From Macrostomum lignano (Eukaryota): a DNA stretch of 64,000 bases. Position 1 is the stretch's first letter. Every line of letters starts with the position of its first letter. The notes under the pieces were generated by a model. It saw only the letters and a program-made list of their open reading frames with translations, was not told the origin of the DNA and ran no database searches. Positions 13,001-25,000 of the stretch are shown here, in pieces. Position numbers and translations under genes: made by a program. The stretch spans positions 151,886-215,885 of the forward strand of contig NIVC01001631.1 in the NCBI GenBank assembly GCA_002269645.1, given 5' to 3'.

Positions 13001-16000
13001 GAGTGTACATGCCTGAGAGTGTACATGCCTGAGAGTGTACATGCCTGAGAGTGTACATGCCTGAGAGTGTACATGCCTGAGAGTGTACATGCCTGAGAGT
13101 GTACATGCCTGAGAGTGTACATGCCTGAGAGTGTACATGCCTGAGAGTGTACATGCCTGAGAGTGTACATGCCTGAGAGTGTACATGCCTGAGAGTGTAC
13201 ATGCCTGAGAGTGTACATGCCTGAGAGTGTACATGCCTGAGAGTGTACATACCTGAGAGTGTACATGCCTGAGAGTGTACATGCCTGAGAGTGTACATGC
13301 CTGAGAGTGTACATGCCTGAGAGTGTACATGCCTGAGAGTGTACATGCCTGAGAGTGTACATGCCTGAGAGTGTACATGCCTGAGAGTGTACATGCCTGA
13401 GAGTGTACATGCCTGAGAGTGTACATGCCTGAGAGTGTACATGCCTGAGAGTGCACATGCCTGAGAGTGTACATGCCTGAGAGTGTACATGCCTGAGAGT
13501 GTACATGCCTGAGAGTGTACATGCCTGAGAGTGTACATGCCTGAGAGTGTACATGCCTGAGAGTGTACATGCCTGAGAGTGTACATGCCTGAGAGTGTAC
13601 ATGCCTGAGAGTGTACATGCCTGAGAGTGTACATGCCTGAGAGTGTACATGCCTGAGAGTGTACATGCCTGAGAGTGTACATGCCTGAGAGTGTACATGC
13701 CTGAGAGTGTACATGCCTGAGAGTGTACATGCCTGAGAGTGTACATGCCTGAGAGTGTACATGCCTGAGAGTGTACATGCCTGAGAGTGTACATGCCTGA
13801 GAGTGTACATGCCTGAGAGTGCACATGCCTGAGAGTGTACATGCCTGAGAGTGTACATGCCTGAGAGTGTACATGCCTGAGAGTGTACATGCCTGACGAT
13901 TAGAAAGTCAGGGCCGATGTACACCCTGCGTGAGCGTGCGCATGAGTTTGTGCCTGCGTACAGTACTGGCGCGCTCGTATGTGCTCAGGAGTCAGCGGAA
14001 GGGGCAGAATTGCTGTCAGCGCGAGGGATTGCTGGAAGGGATTGCTAATCTAGCCAACAATGAAAAAGCAACAGAATGCCCATCCGCTAACTGCCTCACA
14101 GACTGTCAACCAGTGCCGTCCCGCTGTCCGGGATACGTGGAGCGCCTGCATCACGTAGCAATTTTTTACTCGTATGACGGCTACACGTTATCTGCCTGGT
14201 CAGGCGAGGAGAACTACTGGAGCCGGTTTGTCTCCGGGACTTTCAATCTCGTGGTATTACGTAATACCGCCAGAGAGTACGCTTCGGATATTCGAGTCAT
14301 CAATCGAGGATTCTATTATGAGTCAGTTAATGCGGACACGATGCTGTGGCGCTGCTGCAGCCCCGACAGTCCGGACGGCTTCGCCAGCGGCCAGCACTGC
14401 GCAGTCAACACCAACGAGCTGCCGTCATTCGCTGGCAAGTTCTGCACCCAGTCAGGCGGACGCGACGCCTGCTTCCCGTGGGACCGGCGGATCGGCCTGG
14501 ACGCCCCGGACAGCTTCGTTGAGGGCAGTGCCTACGATGCTGGCAACAACTGCAGGCAGAAATGCGCCAACACGGCCACCAGCGCCCTGTATACCTGTTC
14601 CATTCTGTTCTGCGACTCCGGTGAGCGCTTCCTGGCGCCGGGGGTTGTCTGGCATCTAACAGTTGTCCTATTGAGTAGCCCTGATCCTTTCGGTGATCCT
14701 ACTTAGTTACTGGTCCTTCATTAGCTCAACTGGTCCTTCATTAGCTCAACTGGTCCTTCATTAGCCCATCTGGTCCTTCATTAGCCCATCTGGTCCTTCA
14801 TTAGCCCATCTGGTCCTTCATTAGCTCAACTGGTCCTTAATTTGCCCATATGGTTCTTAATTAGCCCATCTGGTCCTTAATTAGCCCAACTGGTCCTTAA
14901 TTACCAAACTGGTCCTTAATAAGCCCAACTGGTCCTTAATTTGCCCATATGGTTCTTAATTAGCCCATCTGGATCTTAATTACCCAACTGGTCCTTAATT
15001 AGCCCATCTGGTCCTTAATTAGCCCAACTGGTCCTTAATTGGCCCAACTGGTCCTTAATTAGCCCAACTGGTCCTTAATTAGCCCAACTGGTCCTTAATT
15101 AGCCCAACTGGTCCTTAATTAGCCCAACTGGTCCTTAATTAGCACAACTGGTCCTTAATTAGCCCAACTGGTCCTTAATTAGCCCAACTGGTCCTTAATA
15201 AGCCCAACTGGTCCTTAATTTGCCCATATGGTCCTTAATTAGCCCAACTGGTCCTTAATTAGCCCATCTGGTTCTTAATTACCCAACTGGTCCTTAATTA
15301 GCCCAACTGGTCCTTAATTAGCCCAACTGGTCCTTAATTAGCCCAACTGGTCCTTAATTAGCCCAACTGGTCTTTAATTACCCAACTGGTCCTTAATTAG
15401 CCTAACTGGTCCTTAATTAGCCCAACTAGTTCTTCATTAGCCCAACTAGTTCTTCATTAGCCCAACTAGTTCTTCATTAGCCCAACTAGTTCTTCATTAG
15501 CCCAACTAGTTCTTCATTAGCCCAACTATAGCCCTGACCATTACCCCAGCTGCCCGAGCAGCTAGTAATTTGAGTATCCCAACCTGTCTTTGGCACAAGC
15601 AAGCTCAAGCAATACTCGTTCACTTTCACCAGCCGACCCGCGCCCGAACATCGGTTACTGGCGAGCGGGCAGCACCGACCCGGACGAGTGGCTTCAGGCC
15701 GCTTTCAGCAGCCGCATCGAGGCCCACAGCGTCACCGTGGGCTCGGCCTTTTGCTACAGCACATCGATCACCAAGGAGCTGATCAAACGGTACTACCTGC
15801 TGTACTCTGACGATGCCGAGTTCTGGTATCGATACGCCGTGAACAAATTTCATCTGAATGTGAGTCCGAACTACAGGCTAAATTCTTCATTTTCTCCTTA
15901 CTTCGAAATGCTTCTGTCACATATTCTTGTCTGTCACATATTCTTGTCTGTCACACATTCTTGTCTGTCACATTCTTGTCTGTCACATATTCCTGTCTGT

Positions 16001-19000
16001 CACACATTCTTTGTCTGTCAGACATTCTTGTCTGTCACATATTCCTGTCTGTCACACATTCTTTGTCTGTCACACATTCTTTGTCTGTCAGACATTCTTG
16101 TCTGTCACATATTCCTGTCTGTCACACATTCTTTGTCTGTCAGACATTCTTGTCTGTCACATATTCCTGTCTGTCACATATTCTTGTCTGTCACATATTC
16201 CTGTCTGTCACATATTCTTGTCTGTCACATATTCTTGTCGGTCACATATTCTTGTCTGTGTCACATATTACTGTCTGTGTCACACATTCCTGTCTGTATC
16301 ACATATTCCTGTCTGTGTCACACATTCCTGTCTGTGTCACATATTCCTGTCTGTGTCACACATTCCTGTCTGTGTCACATATTACTGTCTGTGTCACACA
16401 TTCCTGTCTGTGTCACATATTACTGTCTGTGTCACACATTCCTGTCTGTGTCACACATTCCTGTCTGTGTCAGATATTCCTGTCTGTGTCACATATTCCT
16501 GTCTGTGTCACATATTCCTGTCTGTATCACACATTCCTGTCCGTGTCACATATTCCTGTCTGTGTCACACATTCCTGTCTGTGTCAGATATTCCTGTCTG
16601 TGTCACATATTCCTGTCTGTGTCACACATTCCTGTCTGTGTCACACATTCCTGTCCGTGTCACATATTCCTGCCTGTGTCACATATTCCTGTCTGTGTCA
16701 CATATTCCTGCCTGTGTCACATATTCCTGTCTGTGTCACATATTCCTGTCTGTGTCACATATTATTGCCTGTGTCACATATTCCTGTCTGTGTCACATAT
16801 TCCTGTCTGTGTCACATAATCCTGTCTGTGTCACATATTCCTGTCTGTGTCACATATTCCTGTCTGTGTCACATATTTCTGTCTGTGTCACATATTCCTG
16901 TCTGTGTCACATATTCCTGCCTGTGTCACATATTCCTGTCTGTGTCACATATTCCTGTCTGTGTCACATATTCCTGTCTGTGTCACACATTCCTGTCTGT
17001 GTCACATATTCCTGTCTGTGTCACATATTCCTGTCTGTGTCACACATTCCTGTCTGTGTCACACATTCCTGTCTGTGTCACACATTCCTGTCTGTGTCAC
17101 ACATTCCTGTCTGTGTCACACATTCCTGTCTGTGTCACATATTCCTGCCTGTGTCACATATTCCTGCCTGTGTCACATATTCCTGCCTGTGTCACATATT
17201 CCTGCCTGTGTCACATATTCCTGCCTGTGTCACATATTCCTGTCTGTGTCACATATTCCTGCCTGTGTCACATATTCCTGCCTATGTCACATATTCCTGC
17301 CTGTGTCACATATTCCTGTCTGTGTCCCTCTTTCCAGTACCTGTACGGCCCGTTCAGCGCGCCGGACTACTGTGGCAGCTCCAGCGAGGTGCTTCGGCCG
17401 CCAATCCAGGCCATGTACATCCGCCTGTACGCGTCCAGAATCTACGGCACAATGGCTGGCAAGCTGGAACTGTTCGGCGGCGCAGCATCGATGCCGCCTG
17501 AGCCGAGGCTGCCAGAGATTCAATACGAAGCCTTCCAGCTGTCCGCCAGGAAGGTGACGAATCAGTTCGACACCAGCCGGCCGATCAGCTCCGCCCTGAT
17601 TCGCTGGGGCTCGCCGATCACCTACGGCGGTTCGACGTACCAGCCCGCCTACAGGACCAGCCTTAATGATGACGTCATGCTGCAGCTGCCGGTGCCGCAC
17701 CGGGTAATGTCGGTCGTCACGGCGGGAGGCGGCGGGCACGCCGTCAGCCAGTTCGAGCTGCTGTACAGCGAAACAGCCGACTCCGACGCGCTGCAGCTGG
17801 CCAACAGCAGCCACACTGGCAACTCCAGCTTCTTAGGCAACACGGAGGACAAGCAGCTGATTCGGAACGACCTTGGCGGCCCAGTTGATGCCGCCCTGCT
17901 GGCGGTGCGGCCAAAGCAGGCACTGGGCGCGAACAGCTTGCTTAGATTCGGCCTGCTGGGGTATCCGCTTGGTGAGCAGCTTCTCTGACTTCTCTGACTC
18001 ACTTTTCTCTGACTGTCAAGCTGATACCTGTCCGACTGCCTGTCACCTGACTGTCAAGCTGATATCTGTCCGACTGCCTGTCACCTGACTGTCAAGCTGA
18101 TACCTGTCCGACTGCCTGTCACCTGACTGTCAAGCTGATATCTGTCCGACTGCCTGTCACCTGACTGTCAAGCTGATATCTGTCCGACTGCCTGTCACCT
18201 GACTGTCAAGCTGATATCTGTCCGACTGCCTGTCACCTGACTGTCAAGCTGATACCTGTCCGACTGCCTGTCACCTGACTGTCAAGCTGATATCTGTCCG
18301 ACTGCCTGTCACCTGACTGTCAAGCTGATATCTGTCCGACTGCCTGTCACCTGACTGTCAAGCTGTCAAGTTGGCTGTTATGCTATCAGTCTGAATGTCG
18401 TGTTGTCAGACACGCTGTCATGCTGTAAGCTTGGCTGTAATGCTGTCAGATAGGCTGTCATGCTGTAAGCTTGGCTGTAATGCTGTCAGATAGGCTGTCA
18501 TGCTGTAAGCTTGGCTGTCTGCAAATTCGAATTCCAGAATGCCCAGCGGTGCCATTCGCTAACATTAGCACCAATGGGAGCAGCCTGGACCGCCCGCTGA
18601 CCCTGACGATCCCGGAAATCCGGTGGCCGCTGTACCTGAACTTCACCAGTCTGCACCATTTTACCAACCTCACCTACAGCCAGTCTGGTTCGTGCTCCGC
18701 CGAAATCATCGCGCTGAACTTCACCGACCTCAGCAATGCTTCGGTGGCTAACTATGTAAGCATGAGCAGTTGAATTGATGCAATGGTGAATTTATGCGAA
18801 ATAGATCTGTGCCCTACGCTGTGAACCTGGCGTTTGATCGTCCGCAGACAATCGAATTGAGCTCAGGCAACTCCAGCCTGTGGCTGAATCAGTCAGTCAC
18901 TGCTCACTCGGCTGTGATTCGGTTTCTGACTTCGCCAGCAGACCCCGGGTGTCATTCGGTGCAGCTGCACTTTTACGGCTGTCCAGCAGAAGGTAAGAAC

Positions 19001-22000
19001 GATAAACAGTTAGGATTTCTTTTAATTTTTTTAACTACTCTAGCCGTCAAGAATCCCAATAATATAAAGTCTCAAGAGTAACATCCTGGAAACTAAAACG
19101 CCGGACACCAACACCCCGGACACCAACACCCCGGAAACTAAAACCCCGGACACCAAAATGCCGGACACCAACACCCCGGATACCAAAACCCCGGACACCA
19201 AAACCCCATACACCAACACCCCGGACACCAACACCCCGGACACCAACACCCCGGACACCAACACCCCGGAAACTAAAACCCCGGACACCAAAACCCCGGA
19301 CACCAAAACCCCGGACACCAAAACCCCGGACACCAAAACCCCGGACACCAAAACCCCGGATATCAAACCCCCGACACCAAAAATCCGGACGCAAAAAATC
19401 TGGAAAGTAAGAAAACCCCGGACACCAAAACCCCTGACACCAAAACCCCGGATATCAAACCCCCGACACCAAAAATCCGGACGCAAACAATCTGGAAAGT
19501 AAGAAAACCCCGGACACAAAAACCCCGGACGCAAGATCTCCGGACATCAAGAAACCCCGAAGCAAAAACCCCAGACTCACAAAAAGTACCGCACAGCCAC
19601 AGCCAGGAAGTCGGACACCAATTTCCCGGACATGAAATTCATATACTCTACTCAGTTTCTAAAACTCAAAAAACCAAAACCAATTTCAGAATGCCCAGTC
19701 AATTTCTATTACCTGAACGGTCGCTGCATTCACCACTACTCGGACTTCAACGCCCAGCTGACCAGGCCGCTGGCTCTCGAGTACTGCCGCAACATCAGCT
19801 GGACCCACCGAGCCGGCCTCTTTGTGCCCGTCAGCTTCTACGACTACGCGGCCGTGCGGCTGGGCTACGCGCACTGGCAACAGTAAGTCAGGGACTTCTG
19901 TATTGTGCAATCTGGGCGGGGCGTCTCTTAGACAGGCATCAAAAGCTCTGTGGGACAGTCTATGGGAGTGAATATGCAGGTATAGCTTTTGTCTACAGTT
20001 AGACTTACATGTAGAAGATGGACTTCCAAAGCTGAGCAAAGACAGGTTCAACCATAGACAAAAAGACCATAGACTTGTGACTGAGAAACTCCCATAAACT
20101 CAAAATCCCATAAACTCACAATCCCATAAACTCAAAATACCATAAACGCAAAATCCCATAAACTCAAAATCCAATAAACTCTAAGTCCTATAAACTGAAA
20201 ATACTATAAACTCAATATCCAATAAACTCAAGATGTTCAAGGAAATCAATATCTCATAAATTCAAAATCCCATAAATTTACAATCTCATAGACTCTCAAT
20301 CTAATAAAATCAAAATATACCTCACAAGTCCAAAATGTCGCCCTTTTCAATTCAAAATTTTGTCCAGATCCCGCCCGTCCAGCTCTGTCGGCGCTGTCCA
20401 GTCCTTCAGCGTCCATCTGGGCGTTGCGCGTAACGCCAGCGGCGGCTCCTGGCTGGTGGAGGCGACAGGGCAGCCTCTTAGCTGGCAGCACTGGAAGGCT
20501 GCAGAGCCCGCCGCCTCCGACAACTGCGCTGTCAGCACCTTCTCCGACGAGAGCTGGACAGGCCTGACTGACTGCGGCACTAGAATGGTGATCTGCGAAG
20601 TGCCCGCCAGTGAGTTATGGACATTCTCCTCATAACTCAAGATGGAATTCTGGGCGCTCTTTGAATGCTTTAATGTTAGTGTATTCATGGGATTTGAGAT
20701 TACATAAGATATGAGATTCTTGGGATTTGAGATTCTTGGGATTTGAGATTCTTGGGATTTGAGATTCTTGGGATTTGAGATTCTTGGGATTTGAGATTCT
20801 TGGGATTTGAGATTTTTGGGATTTGAGATTCTTGGGATTTGAGATTCTTGAGATTTGAGATTCATGGGATTTGAGATTCGTGGGATTTGAGATTCATGGG
20901 ATTTGAGATTCGTGGGATTTGAGATTCATGGTATTTGAGATTCATGGGATTTGAGATTCGTGGGATTTGAGATTCATGGGATTTGAGATTCGTGGGATTT
21001 GAGATTCATGGGATTTGAGATTCATGGGATTTGAGATTCATCGAGATTCATGGGATTTGAGATTCATGGGATTTGAGATTCATGGGATTTGAGATTCATG
21101 GGATTTTGGCATTCAGGATTATGAGTACTCAGATATGCTAATCCTAAATCTAAATTAACGGCCTGTAGTACCTTCGTAATTCCTGGAATCTAGGACTGTC
21201 GTATGGTTCGTGAGATTCTTGGGGTGCTCATGTTTTTTTGAAACCATGAAACCATGAGAGTCTCGTTTCCTATCCACTCGGCAGACATCCGGTCGAACCG
21301 CAGGTGCTCCGATCCCTACTACAATGTCTACCTGAACGTTCGGCTGGCCTCCCGGAATCCCCTGGACGAGATTCCCCGGGCGCAGCAGGCGTGGCGCAAC
21401 CTGCCGGAGGCCATCAAAGCCTGCCAGTACGCTGGCCGCGCCACTTGCAGCAGCATTGAGACCAAGGACCTGGACACCTGCTTCAGCACTATGGACACCA
21501 TCACAGTGAACTATTCTACAGCAGCTGATGCTGGCTCCTTCGTTGTTGAACAGCTGTGCAGAGGTGAGGACCCTGTTCGCTCTGGTGCCACTTGCCAGCT
21601 TTGGAACTCTTGTAGATAATGACCTAGATGAGGCTTAGTAGCTAAGGATCTGATTGACGAAGGTATTCTGTAGCTAATGATCTGATTGACTAAGGTATTC
21701 TGTAGCTAATGATCTAACTGACTAAGGTATTCTGTAGCTAATGATCTGATTGACTAAGGTATTCTGTAGCTAATGATCTGATTGACTAAGGTATTCTGTA
21801 GCTAAGGATCTAATTGACGAAGTAATTCTGTAGCTAATGATCAAACTGACTAAGGTATTCTGTAGCTGAGGATCTAATTGACGAAGTAATTCTGTAGCTA
21901 ATGATCTAACTGACGAAGGAATTCTGTAGCTGAGGATCTAATTGACGAAGTAATTCTGTAGCTAATGATCTAACTGACGAAGGAATTCTGTAGCTGAGGA

Positions 22001-25000
22001 TCTAATTGACGAACTAATTCTGTAGCTAATGATCAAACTGACTAAGGTATTCTGTAGCTGAGGATCTAATTGACGAAGTAATTCTGTAGCTAATGATCTA
22101 ACTGACGAAGGAATTCTGTAGCTGAAGATCTAATTGACGAAGTAATTCTGTAGCTAATGATCAAACTGACTAAGGTATTCTGTCGCTAATGATCTAACTG
22201 ACGAAGGAATTCTGCAGCTGGGGATCTAATTGACAAAGTGATTCTGTAGCTAATGATCTAATTGACGAAGGAATTCTGTAGCTAATGATCTAATTGACCA
22301 AAGTACAAAGTGACTATTGATGTACTAATTCCGCAGACTCCTGGTTGAATCTCATGGACGAAGCCAGTAACGTGAGCTACCAGCTTTCAGGCCAAACTTC
22401 TCAAGGTAACGTGGAGTTCGCCAAGTTCAGCGCGGTGCAGCCACCAGGTGCTACCGGGCAGTTTTGGAACGGGCAGCAGCTTGAGGTGAGATTTTCAGAG
22501 ATTGTTTCTGAATTCGCTGAGTGCTTACTGAGTGCTCTTGATGAGTGTTTGCTGAGTGTTTGCCGAGTACCTGCTGAGTGCTTACTGAGTGTTTACTGAG
22601 TGTTTTCTGAGTGCTTGCTGAGTGCTTGCTGAGTGTTTGCTGAGTGCTTGCTGAGTGCTTGCTGATGTTTTGCTGATTAACTATCGAGAATTCTGTCTGC
22701 AACACTCTGAATGTCAGCGTACAAGCATAATCTTCAAACTTGCCCCGCAGATCACCTTCACTACCAAGTGGATGTTCTTTGCCGTCACACTGATGGGCGC
22801 GGGCACTAAGGACGCTTACTACAGACAGTACTCAGGCATGACCGTCTACTACTCGGACTCGGCACCCGGCAGCACTCCAGTGCTGGGCAGCATCAACTCT
22901 GCAGGCAGTCCGGTGAGCAGTTTTTTGTTGATGACCCGAGAACTTAAGCAGGCACGCATTCGAAGGTTGTGACTTTCTCGGGTTGGGCAGGCAGCGTGAC
23001 GTATTCCTTTGTTGTGACATTAAAAATACTATTTAAAAATCTAGAATTCATCTAATCTACTTGTATAAGTAGTAGACTAGACGTTTTCTTAAATTGTAGA
23101 ATACTTCGTTTTATTTGGAACTTTACAGAGCGTGCTCACGGTGGATTCCAGCATCCTGTCCAGTCCCTTAATCGTCAGGCTAAGGCGGTACATCTACGCC
23201 AGCAAGCTGATCATCTCTCCTGACTCGTTCAGCACGAGTGGCGCCATGAAAATTGATTTATGGGCTACGGAATTCGATGGTGAGTTGTCAACTCGTTGTG
23301 ATGTGAGCAACAGGCAAAAGTGTCCACCCTTTCTCCGGAGACTTTGTGTCTCGGTTGAGTGGCAACTCGGAGACTCTGGGCCATAGACATTTATTCTGAC
23401 ACACGACTCAATGCGCATCGCTTAATCCACAGGATTGAGATAGACAGCTTGCACCTGTGGAACTCGATACGACCTACCTCTCTATGGTCAATCGAGATAA
23501 AATAATTGTTGTCATTTCGAATGATAAATACTGGTAGTATGACAAATTGTGATTTAGGACAGATCTCGATGTGACTTAAAGCTAGGATCGAAGCCATGGA
23601 TTTCAGGCATAGAACGCATTCTTTATAAAACAGCTCGACCATAAGTTCAATATTATCTCACTCTAGGTCGCACCTGTGTTGGTTCCCAGCTAAGAATCAT
23701 TTTTATCTTCATCTTTAAACACAACCCCAGATGCATTGATCATTGGATATTTTCGCGACTATCCGTATCCACACCGCAGGAGAGAAGCTGTCCTGCGAGA
23801 ACAAGACGCAGTTGGAGGTGGTCAGTCCTCAGGCTGGCACCCAGACTATTGACTGCCAGGGCTCCTGGCTGCTGTTCTATCGGCACTGGGACTCCGAATG
23901 GCGAATGAACCGGAGCTGGCCGGCCTACCAGAACGGCTTCCGGTTTGAAGGCAACGGAAGCAGCAGCAACAGCAGCTCATTCTGGCTGGGACACGAGCTT
24001 CTCCAGTTGCTCTTTCTGGTCAGAGACTACCGGCTTAGGGTGGACTATTGGGACAGGTGAGCTTTGTTCCTGTCACGCTTTCTACAGTTAATTCCAAACG
24101 TTTCAGCTCAGTCAGGACGCGTTAAACATCGTCCAGATGTGTTCGACATCGTTAAAGGGCGCAAATAATAATCAAGCTATGGTGTCTAAAAGGCGACTAA
24201 AATCCACCTTTAAAATGGCTTAAAACTGAAGTGTCTGGAAAGTGCTCGAGACTCAAAAAATCTTTTTTTTTCGTTGATAGATTGTTTAAATACAATCGCT
24301 ATTCGCATGACACTAAAAAAGCGTTTTGTATAGAAACTATAAAAGCGCTTGGAAATGTCGCTATCAAAGACTCAATAACGCTACAAAATCAACTGCAGGA
24401 GCGGGCAGTTCCGATACGTCGAGTGCAACAGGTTCCGCATCAGTCCGGTCTACCAAAACTACCGCCTGACTGTTGGCAACTGCTCCAGCGCCTTCGGCTC
24501 AGATGAAGCAGCTCTGATCGCCTCGCTGAATGGACTCACCTTCAGCGCTTACGACTGGGGCGATCAGCGCGTCTGCGCGGCCTCCAGCGGCAGCGCCTGG
24601 TGGTTCAAGCCTGACATCGGCTGCTACTCAACTACTAAGCTGACTGGAGACAGCGAGCAGCTCGAATGGTCGACGGAACTGCAGGGCGGACGAGTTTCTA
24701 TGCGGATGCTGTCCACTGAGAAGGCTGAGCCGGGTAAGGCCGTGTTAAGGGTATCGGTGCGTTTCAGAGCATTCTCTGTCGCTAAGCTCGTAGCTATCGT
24801 AGCCAAGCTCGTAGCTATTGCAGCCAAGCTCGTAGCTATCGTAGCCAAGCTCGTAGCTATTGCAGCCAAGCTCGTAGCTATCGTAGCCAAGCTCGTAGCT
24901 ATTGCAGCCAAGCTCGTAGCTATCGTAGCCAAGCTCGTAGCTATCGTAGCTAAGCTCGTAGCAAAGTTTCCCAAGGACCGTGTACAAAATTTTAAGCAGA

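Noticed and set aside
12142-13924. Three 550-580 aa minus-strand ORFs (MYTLRHVHSQACTLSG)n
   Set aside because: Translation of a stop-free 16-bp tandem array inside an intron
15927-17330. Long Cys/His-rich ORFs (zinc-finger or metallothionein-like appearance)
   Set aside because: Produced by the 17/19-bp minisatellite; only the flanking exons 15633-15859 and 17338-17971 are coding
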